NCBI GenBank assembly: GCA_034368785.1
Contig: JAXMLI010000124.1
Location: 1-36,137, forward strand
Source: Smithellaceae bacterium
GTDB lineage: Bacteria; Desulfobacterota; Syntrophia; Syntrophales; CAMTWB01
Reading direction: 5' to 3'
DNA length: 36,137 nt
Shown here: piece after piece, positions 15,011-23,591 of the stretch
How positions within the stretch are numbered: the first letter of the stretch is position 1
Layout: each line of letters starts with the position of its first letter
Translations under genes and position numbers: made by a program
Notes under the pieces: generated by a model
What the model saw: the letters and a program-made list of their open reading frames with translations, nothing else
Database searches by the model: none
Told to the model about the DNA's origin: nothing

Positions 15011-15820
15011 CTACAATAGCTCTTCCCGGAGCTTACGGGCCATGAGGCGCTCGTAGGTCACGGGCGCGAAGCGGCTGAGCCAGTAGGCCAGTTTCCCCAC
15101 CGGGGTCAGGACCAGCAGATTCCGGCGCTTCAGCGCGCCCCGGTAAACCTTCTCGGCCACGCTCGAAGCCGAAGTCGGCCTCCCCACCGTGGATTGCGGG
15201 CGGGTGGTGACCTGCCCGTCGGCGCCCAGCGCCCTGGTCTGGAGATTGGTCTGCACGAAGCCGGGGCAGACAAGCATCACATGCAGGCCCCTGCCCCGCA
15301 ATTCCGCCCGGAGCGAGGTGAAGAGTCCGTGCAGGGCATGTTTGCTCGCGCAGTAACCTGTCCGCCCGAGCAGGGGGGCCACCCCGGCCAGGCTTTCGAT
15401 CACGATCACCATCCCCCTTCGCACAAGCAGACTCACGATCGCCGCCTTGGTGCAGTAGAGCGACCCGAAGAAATTGACCTCCATCACCCGGCGGTAGACC
15501 GCTGTCTCGGTATCCACAAAAGCGCCTCGCTGAGTGATGCCGGCATTGTTGACCAGGACGTCTATTCCACGATAACGTTCCAGGACAACGCCAATTGCCT
15601 TCTGACATTCTTCCTCATGGGAGACGTCGCAACCGATGCCCACCGCCTCGACACCAACGGCATTGAGTTCCGCCGCAAAGGCCTTCACCGTCACCTCATC
15701 CTGGTCCAGCAGTCCCAGGCGGGCGCCATCCCTGGCAAACCGACGGCTGATAGCCTCACCAATGCCACTCGCCGCGCCCGTTACGACAATCACCTTTTTA
15801 TTAAACGACCTTGTTCTCAT
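15011..15820 (-). CDS. SDR-family oxidoreductase
   Basis: The preferred start is ATG 15820 (MRTRSFNKKVIVVTGAASGIGEA). NNAG and the YCASK catalytic motif are present. The tracked extension to 15871 enters repeat DNA. Confidence 0.85.
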   Translation of the reverse strand: MRTRSFNKKVIVVTGAASGIGEAISRRFARDGARLGLLDQDEVTVKAFAAELNAVGVEAVGIGCDVSHEEECQKAIGVVLERYRGIDVLVNNAGITQRGAFVDTETAVYRRVMEVNFFGSLYCTKAAIVSLLVRRGMVIVIESLAGVAPLLGRTGYCASKHALHGLFTSLRAELRGRGLHVMLVCPGFVQTNLQTRALGADGQVTTRPQSTVGRPTSASSVAEKVYRGALKRRNLLVLTPVGKLAYWLSRFAPVTYERLMARKLREELL

Positions 15821-15846
15821 TTGACACCCTTGATCGCCCCAAGAGA

Positions 15847-16293
15847 GGTGTGCAACAAAAATGTTGGGCAATCTTGCAGAGACTTACCCTCCCTTTGGAA
15901 AAGGGGGGCAGGGGGAATTTATCCTAAAATAGGCACGAATATCCGGTTAGGAAATTGCGCTTGTCCTTATCAGGTTATTTTTGAGGCATAATGACCGTCT
16001 TTGCCGGTCTTCTTCCTCTTTTCTTCCTCCCCCTGAAGGGGAGGCCTAAAACCCCATCCCCCTCCTAACCTCCCCCTTGAAGGGGGAGGAATTAAGTAGT
16101 GCCCCTCCCAAGGCCATCTATAAAGGGGGAGGAAGAAAACCCGAACCAAACAGAGTATTTATGGATGACGCAAAAAGCTAACCGGACATTGCTGAAAAAT
16201 AATGGACCATTTAGTATCCGTCAAATCTCCCCAACCCCTCTTTGCTAAAGAGGGGAGAGAAACTGCCCTGCCCGTTATTTTGTCGCGCGCCCC
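15847..16293. mobile_element. inverted-orientation copy of the GGTGTGCGACAA element carrying a nested ~257-bp element
   Basis: ggtgtgcaacaaaaatgttgggcaatcttgcagagacttaccc (15847-) is the reverse complement of the right-end type. cccctctttgctaaagagggg...ttgtcgcgcgccc (-16293) is the reverse complement of the left-end type. Confidence 0.6.
15936..16192. mobile_element. nested ~257-bp MITE-like element (TIR cgaatatccggttag / ctaaccggacattgc), copy 1
   Basis: Reverse-complement homologue of 32022-32259. For example, the reverse complement of 16141-16192 matches gcaatgtccggttagctttttgcgtcatccataaatactct.t.t.gttcgggtttt at 32022-32078. The interior has three CCCCTT(C/G)AAGGGG hairpins. Confidence 0.65.
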
Positions 16294-16429
16294 CCCTGCA
16301 GACAGGACCATCCTGACATTTTTCAGCTTGTCCTTCCTCACATCTTCCCCTCCCTGTCAACCCGAAAATGTGGTAGATAGGGCGATACTTAATCCCCTCT
16401 GTCACTGATGCAAGAAAGGAAGGACGACC

Positions 16430-17077
16430 ATGATTGAATTCGAAAAGGACAAGATAAGAAAGAGTGTGCCGAAAATACTGGAGGAAATGAAGAAAAGAAG
16501 GTTCGATCCCCATTTCTTTGAAACGGCCGCTGAGGCCAGGGATTTTATCGTGAGCCAGATCAATCCCGGGGAAACCGTCGGGATCGGCGGCAGCATTACC
16601 TTGCGGGAAGATCTGGCGGTAGTCGGGGAGCTGAGGAAAAAAGGGATAACCGTTGTGGATCACTGGGATTCCGGCGCCGATGCTGCTCTGAGACTGGAGC
16701 TGAAGCGTAAACAGCGGATGGCGGATGTTTTCCTCACCGGCGTAAACGCCGTTACGAGAGACGGGATACTGGTCAATATGGACGGAGGAGGAAACCGGGT
16801 GGCCGGCGCCTGTTCCGGACCAAAACGGGTCATCGCGGCCTTCGGGATGAACAAGCTCACGGACTCGCTGGAGCTGGCCATCCACCGGACCCGTCACCAT
16901 GCGGCAATCATCAATTCCATCCGGCTGGAACGCAAGGTTCCCTGCGCCCAGACGGGAATCTGCACCGATTGCCACGCCCCGGAAAGGATCTGCGCGGCCC
17001 TCTTGATTCTCTTCACCAAACCGGGCGATATCGACAAGTTCACCCTGGTGCTGGTGAATGAGGATTTGGGCCATTAG
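16430..17077 (+). CDS. LUD-domain (LutB/C, YkgG-like) protein
   Basis: 215 aa. ...GETVGIGGSITL..., VFLTGVNAVTRDGILVNMDGGGNRV and GPKRVIAAFGMNK are typical of lactate-utilisation LUD-domain proteins. The C-terminus has a Cys cluster, CAQTGICTDCHAPERIC. The antisense ORF 16211-17143 is a shadow. Confidence 0.75.
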   Translation: MIEFEKDKIRKSVPKILEEMKKRRFDPHFFETAAEARDFIVSQINPGETVGIGGSITLREDLAVVGELRKKGITVVDHWDSGADAALRLELKRKQRMADVFLTGVNAVTRDGILVNMDGGGNRVAGACSGPKRVIAAFGMNKLTDSLELAIHRTRHHAAIINSIRLERKVPCAQTGICTDCHAPERICAALLILFTKPGDIDKFTLVLVNEDLGH

Positions 17078-17081
17078 AGGA

Positions 17082-17114
17082 TTGTAGGGGCAGGTTTCAA
17101 ACCTGCCCCTACAA
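17082..17114. repeat. near-perfect 33-nt palindrome ttgtaggggcaggttt-c-aaacctgcccctacaa between convergent genes
   Basis: Read directly. It lies between the LUD stop (17077) and the PaaK-like stop (17214). There is no flanking U-tract, so it is a hairpin of unproven terminator function. Confidence 0.7.
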
Positions 17115-17213
17115 AGCGTTGCAGCGACGAGGGATGCAGCCAAAGCACAGCATCCGGACTTTGTACGGAGTCGTCAACCCTGGCATCAGGAACCATTTGC
17201 CCTTACCGGCGCC

Positions 17214-18497
17214 TCATTCCCAGGTGCGGGTGTCCTCGATCTTTTTCGAACCCTTGGGAATGACGCCGCTCGCGAGCAGTTCCACCTCGCCCCTGACCCG
17301 CAATATATCCTGCATGGCCAGCGCAATCCTGTCGGCCAATTCCCGGGAACGGGCGCAGCCTTCCGTCACTTCCGCCCGGAAGAGCATCTTGTCCTGGTGC
17401 CTTTCCCTGGTCACTACCACCTGACAGGCGCAGATTTCGGGGAATTTCGCCGCTACCGCATCAACTTGACCCGGATGGATAAACATCCCCTTCACCTTGG
17501 TCACCTGGTCCACCCGGCCCACGATTTTGACCAGCCTGGCGGAGGTCCGGCCGCATTTGCAGGGTTCATCGGTAAAATAGGAAAGATCGCCCGAACCAAA
17601 GCGAATCAGCGGATAGACCTTGTTAAAACAAGTCCCCGCCACTTCTCCCACTTCACCTGGGCCCAGTTGTTTTCCCGTCGCGGGATCTACAATTTCCACG
17701 ATACAGTCATCCGGTATGTGCATCCCGTTCTTCTCGACGCATTCGTAACCCAGGCAGCCGATGTCCGCCGTACCATAGCTCTGGCGGACCATAATGCCCA
17801 GGTCCGACTCGAGCCGGTCACGGAGAGACTCCGGGAGCATCTCCGCCGCCACGAAGGCGGTCTTCAGGAAAAGGTCCTTTTTGAGGTTGAAATTCATCTC
17901 CCGGGCCTTCTCCAGGATGTTGTTCAGGAAGCTCGGGGTTCCGAGAAACCCGGTCACCTTCATGTCCTTGAGGAGCTGCACCTGGACCTCGGTATTTCCG
18001 AACCCCGCCGGAATTGAGCGGCAACCCAGCATCTTCAGGGACTCATCGAGCATGAAGGCAAAGGGCGTCAGATGGAAGCCGAAGGTGACCTGGGCGATGT
18101 CACCGGGGCGAAATCCACCGGCGTATAATCCCTGCGCCCAGCGGGTATCTTCATATTCCATTTCCCCTGGCTCATAGATCGGCCCGGGAGAGGCGAAGAT
18201 TCGCCGTAAAGCTTCGGGAGGAACGGCGTTTAATCCTCCGAAAGGGGGATTTTTCTTCTGCAGGGCGATCAAATCGGTTTTGGCCGTGACGGGTATCTTC
18301 TCCAGATCGCTGACGGTCCTGATATCCCCCGGGGACAAGCCGGCAATGTCCAGCTTATCCCTGAAGGCCGGGGCCTTTTCATAGGCGTACTTTACGATCT
18401 TGCGGAGTCTGCGTTGCAGATACTTCCTTCTCTCCCCCTCCGTCATGATCTCCCGTTCGGCCAGGAAGTAACCCTTTTTGCGATTCATCTGCGCCAT
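17214..18497 (-). CDS. phenylacetate-CoA ligase family protein (PaaK / coenzyme F390 synthetase-like)
   Basis: 427 aa, with a short adenylate-forming-enzyme layout. It starts MAQMNRKKGYFLAEREIMTEGERRKYL, and SYGTADIG, YPLIRFGSGD, the C-terminal GRVDQVTKVKGMFI and an ACT-like tail are present. AAGGAGG lies upstream. Confidence 0.8.
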   Translation of the reverse strand: MAQMNRKKGYFLAEREIMTEGERRKYLQRRLRKIVKYAYEKAPAFRDKLDIAGLSPGDIRTVSDLEKIPVTAKTDLIALQKKNPPFGGLNAVPPEALRRIFASPGPIYEPGEMEYEDTRWAQGLYAGGFRPGDIAQVTFGFHLTPFAFMLDESLKMLGCRSIPAGFGNTEVQVQLLKDMKVTGFLGTPSFLNNILEKAREMNFNLKKDLFLKTAFVAAEMLPESLRDRLESDLGIMVRQSYGTADIGCLGYECVEKNGMHIPDDCIVEIVDPATGKQLGPGEVGEVAGTCFNKVYPLIRFGSGDLSYFTDEPCKCGRTSARLVKIVGRVDQVTKVKGMFIHPGQVDAVAAKFPEICACQVVVTRERHQDKMLFRAEVTEGCARSRELADRIALAMQDILRVRGEVELLASGVIPKGSKKIEDTRTWE

Positions 18498-18511
18498 TTA
18501 CCAACCTCCTT

Positions 18512-18647
18512 GGTCAGAAGTCAGAAATCAGGAGTCAGAATAGAAACAGGGTCTTTCTCCCTTAACCTGCTGACCTTTGCCAGGCACGAAAAGCCTGGTC
18601 GGCTGTCTTTCTCATTCTGAATTCTGAATACTGAATACTGAATACTG
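18512..18647. repeat. two oppositely oriented heptamer tandem arrays flanking a small hairpin
   Basis: GTCAGAA GTCAGAA ATCAGGA GTCAGAA TAGAAAC (18513-18547) and ATTCTGA ATTCTGA ATACTGA ATACTGA ATACTG (18614-18647). The central hairpin is ccaggc-acgaaaa-gcctgg. The region is immediately 5' of the PaaK-like RBS. Confidence 0.7.
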
Positions 18648-18662
18648 TCTCCTGAGCGTTAT

Positions 18663-18700
18663 AAAAAAAGGACCGGTTGCCATGACGGGCCGGCCCTTTC
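18663..18700 (-). terminator. rho-independent terminator after the liv-type operon
   Basis: Minus strand: AAAGGGCCGG-cccgucauggcaa-CCGGUCCUUU (one G.U pair) followed by UUUUUUAU, 18 nt after the stop at 18718. Confidence 0.6.
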
Positions 18701-18717
18701 TTCTTAACTTTCCCTGA

Positions 18718-19359
18718 TCATTTCTTCGGCGAGAAGATCCCCTCGAAGGAAGCCCGTATTACCTGCCCCTTCGGATCCTCAAAGGTTGCCGTGCCGTTTC
18801 TCACAGAAATGGGGAAGGTGAAATCCGACACCCCTTTCCACCACTTTTCCAGGAGATCATGGGACTTGGTAATTTCTTTTCGTTCGATCATTTCGATCAA
18901 TGTATGTCCCCTGCTGACCAGCAGCATCCCGTTGGCGACTGCGGAATCCAGGACAACGTTGACCCTCAGGTAGTCTGTTTTTCCCCCGGGGACATAGTTG
19001 TCGTCATAATACATTACCGTATTGACCTCGAAGTCCTCGAAGGCCACGGTGAACTTCAGATCGTCCAGCATGACCATTGTCTTGTTCGGGTTTTCCAGGG
19101 CAAAGACAAAGGCCAGGACGAGCGGGGTCGAACTCTTTGCCGGGTCAATCCATCCCCAGTAGCTGGCGATTTCCACCCGCTCCAGTTTGATGACCGGTGG
19201 TTTCAGTGCCTCCTGTTTCTTGGCCATCATGGGCTTTTTGTCCATCATGGGTTTCTTGTCCGTTCCCTCTGCCTTTCCGTGCGAGGTAGCGCCGCAGGGA
19301 GCCACCGCCAATCCAATGATTACAAACACCATCAAAATGGTTATCCATATCTTTTTCAT
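18718..19359 (-). CDS. secreted/lipoprotein-like hypothetical protein, possible LEA14/NDR1-like beta-sandwich
   Basis: The preferred start is ATG 19359 (MKKIWITILMVFVIIGLAVAPCGA). There is a KKPMMDKKPMMAKK tandem motif. IKLERVEIASYW...LKFTVAFEDFEVN resembles LEA_2-type domains by eye only. Confidence 0.5.
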   Translation of the reverse strand: MKKIWITILMVFVIIGLAVAPCGATSHGKAEGTDKKPMMDKKPMMAKKQEALKPPVIKLERVEIASYWGWIDPAKSSTPLVLAFVFALENPNKTMVMLDDLKFTVAFEDFEVNTVMYYDDNYVPGGKTDYLRVNVVLDSAVANGMLLVSRGHTLIEMIERKEITKSHDLLEKWWKGVSDFTFPISVRNGTATFEDPKGQVIRASFEGIFSPKK

Positions 19360-19372
19360 ACATTCCCTCCCT

Positions 19373-20182
19373 TCAGGTGAGCCAACGTTTCCTGCGTTTA
19401 TAATGTTTAACATCCTTAAAGCTCTTTCTGGTCCCCAAATCCGTAAGGCCCAGATAGAAATCCTTGATATCCGGATTCTTGGACAGTTCCTCGGCGGTGT
19501 TATCCATCACGATACGGCCATTCTCCATCACATAGGCATAGGGCGCCACATTGAGGGCCAGCTTGGCATTCTGCTCCACCAGGAGAATGGCTATTTTCGA
19601 TTCCTCATGCAGACGGGTAATGATGTTAAAAATCTCGCCGATAAGCAGGGGGGCCAGCCCCATCGATGGCTCATCCAGCAGTATCAGCTTAGGATCGGCC
19701 ATCAGGGCGCGGCCCACGACGGTCATCTGCTGCTCCCCGCCGCTGATGAGTCCGGCCGTTTCACCCCTCTTCTCCTTAAGACGGGGGAAGTAATTGTAGA
19801 CCATCTCCAGACCTCTTTTGATGGCCCCCCGATCCTTTCTCAGGTGACCGCCCACAATGAGATTCTGTTCCACCGTCAGGTGTTCGAAGACTAGCCGGCC
19901 TTCGATCACCTGAATAATCCCCGACTTGGCGATGTCTTCGGCGTTTTTCCTGTCGATGCGTTCCCCCATGAAGAGGATGTTGCCGTCCGTTACCTTCCCC
20001 TCTTCATGTTTGAGCAGACCGGAGATGGCCTTTAATGTGGTACTCTTACCCGCCCCATTGGCCCCCAGGAGGGCCACAATCCCCCCGGCGGGGATAGAAA
20101 TGGACACCCCTTTGAGTACCAGGATCACCTCATGGTACTTAACCTCGATACTGTTTATCTGTAATATGGGCTCTCCAGTCAA
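19373..20182 (-). CDS. livF: ABC transporter ATP-binding protein, LivF-type
   Basis: Walker A GANGAGKST, signature ISGGEQQM, and Walker B LILLDEPS are present. A basic C-terminal tail follows. Confidence 0.85.
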   Translation of the reverse strand: MTGEPILQINSIEVKYHEVILVLKGVSISIPAGGIVALLGANGAGKSTTLKAISGLLKHEEGKVTDGNILFMGERIDRKNAEDIAKSGIIQVIEGRLVFEHLTVEQNLIVGGHLRKDRGAIKRGLEMVYNYFPRLKEKRGETAGLISGGEQQMTVVGRALMADPKLILLDEPSMGLAPLLIGEIFNIITRLHEESKIAILLVEQNAKLALNVAPYAYVMENGRIVMDNTAEELSKNPDIKDFYLGLTDLGTRKSFKDVKHYKRRKRWLT

Positions 20183-20227
20183 TGACCTTACCTCCTTTTG
20201 GAGATTATTACCTGGCGAAGGGGGCTG

Positions 20228-21487
20228 TTACCACCCGAACCACTCTTTTTCCCACTTCTCCGGCCAGCGTTTTTTCAGATCCACGGCCTCGACAAAGACA
20301 AACTTCCCCTTTTCGATCTTGTAGATCATGCTGACGGATGCGGCCCGATGATCGGTAGCCGTATAGCTCACCGGCGCCCCACCGAGACCGAGGTCCTTGT
20401 CGCGGATCGTCTCCAGGGCCTTCACGATGCCAGGGCCCGTGAGATCGCCGGCCTTGTCGGCAATCTTCATGCCTTCCGCCAGGATCAGCGCCGCCCCCCA
20501 GGCCTTGGTGGTATGAATGAGGCGCTTCTCCAGGGGCACGCCGGGGTTCATCTTTTTGGCATAGTTCATTATGGTGTCCATGAGCGGGGCCTTGCCGCCG
20601 AAGAAGGCCGAGGGCGCGGCGCCCATGACTCCCTCGGCTGCCGGGCCGGCCAACCGGGGAAGGTTTTCATCGTAACCATAGGTATTTGAGAGATGATCGG
20701 CGCCCAGACCCAGCGCCCGGGCATCCTTCAGGGCCGTGGCCACCGACATGGTGGTGTTGCCATGCCAAACTACATCAGGGGCGAAGGCCTTCGCCGCCAA
20801 AACCTGGCTCTTCGTATCGAGCGCGGTAAGCGACACATCCTGATCGGGTCCGACTTCAAAGCCCAGCATCACGGCCTGGTCCTTCATGGCCTTGATGGGG
20901 GCGCTGCCATAGGGGGAGGCGAACATGTAGAAACAGACCATCCGGGGCTTATCCCCCTTATCCCGGCGTTCCTTGAAACGGGGCTCCTTTTTCCAGACAT
21001 GATCAAACCAGGCCGTGAGGGCCGAGCGGGCATTGCTGGAATAATCGGCGGGGAAAAAGAGATTATAAGGGGTCTTTTTCGGATCATTCAGATGGGCCGA
21101 ATAGGAGGCCGAGACGTAGGGTATTTTATCCTTCGTAATCGTGGGCGAAAGGGCCTCCGTGTCTCCGGTTCCCCAGCCCAGCACGGCTACGACCTTGTCA
21201 AAATCCCGGAATCTCTTGTAGGTGGTAATCGCCTCGGGGATGCGGTAGCCGTAGTCGTACTGGAAGAGCTTGATTCTCTTGCCGTTGATGCCGCCCGTAT
21301 CATTGATATAGGCAATGGCCTCCTGTATCCCCATCGCATAGTCCTTGCCCACGTCCGAGGTGGCGCCGGTGGTGTCATTGAGCGACCCCACCCGGACTTC
21401 CCCTTTGGCCTGCGCCCAGGCCATACCGCCTGCCCCGCAAAGGATCAAGGCTACTGCCGCTAAAAAAATTATCAATCTGTTCTTCAT
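20228..21487 (-). CDS. ABC transporter periplasmic substrate-binding protein (LivK/Peripla_BP_6-like)
   Basis: The preferred start is ATG 21487 (MKNRLIIFLAAVALILCGAGGMAWAQ signal peptide). The mature part starts KGEVRVGSLNDTTG, typical of type-I SBPs of the HAAT family. Confidence 0.8.
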   Translation of the reverse strand: MKNRLIIFLAAVALILCGAGGMAWAQAKGEVRVGSLNDTTGATSDVGKDYAMGIQEAIAYINDTGGINGKRIKLFQYDYGYRIPEAITTYKRFRDFDKVVAVLGWGTGDTEALSPTITKDKIPYVSASYSAHLNDPKKTPYNLFFPADYSSNARSALTAWFDHVWKKEPRFKERRDKGDKPRMVCFYMFASPYGSAPIKAMKDQAVMLGFEVGPDQDVSLTALDTKSQVLAAKAFAPDVVWHGNTTMSVATALKDARALGLGADHLSNTYGYDENLPRLAGPAAEGVMGAAPSAFFGGKAPLMDTIMNYAKKMNPGVPLEKRLIHTTKAWGAALILAEGMKIADKAGDLTGPGIVKALETIRDKDLGLGGAPVSYTATDHRAASVSMIYKIEKGKFVFVEAVDLKKRWPEKWEKEWFGW

Positions 21488-21636
21488 CACCATTCCCTCC
21501 TTTTTAGTTAGAATCGAAAACAACGCCTGATTCCCATCTTTTCTTGAACCCGTTAACCATTTCGGGGTGGTTTAATCTGCAAGATTGATCCGACGGATCA
21601 GTCGGATTTCCCTGACCCCCGACCCCTGACCCCCAA

Positions 21637-22704
21637 TCAGTACGAGAAGGGCCAGAGATTAAAGTAATTCTTGATCTGCCACCAGCGATAGGCCAGCCCA
21701 TTGGGTTCGTAGATCAAAAACAGGCAGATCGCCAGGCCGAAGGCCGCCTCCTTGAGGAAGAGGAACTTCATTGAAATTTCCGGATAGTAAGGCATAAGCG
21801 GGATGATGGCAAATTTCAGGCCTTCCAGGATCAAGACCATGAACAGAGAGCCGAAGAAAACCCCCTGAATGCTGCCCACCCCGCCGATCAGGATGACCCC
21901 CACGAGCCACAGGGACCAGGACCAGGGGAAATGCTCGGGGCTCAGGGCGGCCAGGGTGGAGACCCAATAGGCGCCGGCAATGCCGCCGATAAAACCGGCC
22001 ACGAAAAAGGCCAGCAGTTTGTATTTCACGATATTTATGCCCATGGTCTCGGCGGCAATGTCATTGTCGCGAATGGCGATCCAGGCCCGTCCCACCCGGG
22101 AGCGCAGGAGATTTACCACCCCCATGGTCAGAATGATCATCAGGATCACCCCGAGGAAATAGACCTTCACGTCCGTGTCGAGGACAATCGGGCCGATGCT
22201 AATGCTTCCCGGCGGCAGGGAAAAGGCCTGACCGCGGCCACCGATCTGGCTTACGTACTGGGTCAGGATGAAATCCACCGTCACGAACTGGGCGGCGAGC
22301 GAGGTCATAATGAGATAGAAACCCTTCACCTTCGCCGAAGGGAGGCCGAAGAGTACGGACCAGAGCCCCGCCACAACTCCGCCGATGAATATGCTGAGAA
22401 GATAGGGAACCTGGAGTTGCAGGATCAAAAGGGTGCTCGTATAGGCGCCTACGGCGAGAAAGGCCGCATGGCCCAGGGTCACCTGGCCGCAATAGCCGAT
22501 CAGCAGTTGCACCCCGAGGGCCCCCATGGCGGTGTAGATGATCAGGGTAGCCACCCCGACGAGGTAAAGGCCGCTCCAGAAGGGGATGACATAGAAGACG
22601 ATGATTGCGAGCAGGATCATTTTCCCCAGGATGAACTTCGTCTGCCACCAGGCGTGATCCTGGCGGTAAGATTCGTGATAGACGCCGCTTGGTAAGTAGG
22701 ACAT
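21637..22704 (-). CDS. livM: branched-chain amino acid-type ABC permease, LivM-type
   Basis: 355 aa and polytopic. GYCGQVTLGHAAFLAVGAY and RVGRAWIAIRDNDIAAETMGI motifs are present. Confidence 0.85.
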   Translation of the reverse strand: MSYLPSGVYHESYRQDHAWWQTKFILGKMILLAIIVFYVIPFWSGLYLVGVATLIIYTAMGALGVQLLIGYCGQVTLGHAAFLAVGAYTSTLLILQLQVPYLLSIFIGGVVAGLWSVLFGLPSAKVKGFYLIMTSLAAQFVTVDFILTQYVSQIGGRGQAFSLPPGSISIGPIVLDTDVKVYFLGVILMIILTMGVVNLLRSRVGRAWIAIRDNDIAAETMGINIVKYKLLAFFVAGFIGGIAGAYWVSTLAALSPEHFPWSWSLWLVGVILIGGVGSIQGVFFGSLFMVLILEGLKFAIIPLMPYYPEISMKFLFLKEAAFGLAICLFLIYEPNGLAYRWWQIKNYFNLWPFSY

Positions 22705-22706
22705 GG

Positions 22707-23591
22707 CTATACCCTCTCAATCCTTTCCCATCCCCAGAGGCCGTAAGGCTTGAACAGGAGGATGATGACCATAAAGACAAAGGGGGCGATTTCCTTCACG
22801 CCCCCGGGGGTGAACTGGTCCAGATAGGCGCCGCTCAAATTCTGCAGCACCCCGATGATGATGCCGCCCACAATCGCGCCGGGAATGGAATTAAGCCCCC
22901 CGAGAACGACGGCGGGTAAAACCAGGAGCCCCAAATGACCGACCGAGATATTGATCCCGTTGATATTTCCCAGCAAGGCCCCGCCTACCCCGGCGGCGAT
23001 GAAGGCGATCCCCCAGGCCGTGGCATATACGTAGCGGGCGCTGATCCCCAGGGACAGGGCCGCCATCTCCCTGTCCGCCGTGGCCTGCATGGCCAGTCCC
23101 CAGCGGGTGAAGTGGAAGAAGGCCACAAAGACAACCAGCAGCAAAATGGCCGCGACAAAACTCCAGATATATACCTGACCGATGACGATCCCGGCGATAT
23201 TCACGGGCGCGTCGGGGAAGATCGGCGGCGTAAAGACCACCGTATCGGTTCCCCAGATGAACATCACGATGCCGCGGAAAAAGAAGGACAGGCCCACGGT
23301 AACCATAATCACCGTCAAAACGGGCTCGCCGATGAGCTTATCGAGGAATATCCGTTCGGTCAGCAGTCCCAGGATAAACCCGATGATCATCGTAATCAGG
23401 ACGGCCAGCCAGAAGGGAAAGCCCCAGGTGTAGAAACTCAGGCAGACGTAGGCGCCAATCAGCACCAGCTCGCCCATGGCCAGGTTCAGCACGCCTGAGC
23501 ATTTATAGATAATCGTCCAGCCCAGGGCGACCAGGGCGTAAATTCCCCCCACCATAATCCCCGTTATGATGGCCTGCATAAAAAGCTCCAT
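22707..23591 (-). CDS. livH: branched-chain amino acid-type ABC permease, LivH-type
   Basis: 294 aa. GVLNLAMGE and GLAMQATADREMAALSLGI motifs are present. It lies 2 nt upstream of livM. Confidence 0.85.
   Translation of the reverse strand: MELFMQAIITGIMVGGIYALVALGWTIIYKCSGVLNLAMGELVLIGAYVCLSFYTWGFPFWLAVLITMIIGFILGLLTERIFLDKLIGEPVLTVIMVTVGLSFFFRGIVMFIWGTDTVVFTPPIFPDAPVNIAGIVIGQVYIWSFVAAILLLVVFVAFFHFTRWGLAMQATADREMAALSLGISARYVYATAWGIAFIAAGVGGALLGNINGINISVGHLGLLVLPAVVLGGLNSIPGAIVGGIIIGVLQNLSGAYLDQFTPGGVKEIAPFVFMVIILLFKPYGLWGWERIERV

Noticed and set aside
15847-16300. A possible CRISPR array, because short GC-rich palindromic units recur (also at 9003-9275 and 31993-32300).
   Set aside because: The units are heterogeneous in sequence. 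They are not regularly spaced by unique spacers of constant length, and they appear in both orientations scattered over the window. No cas genes are present.
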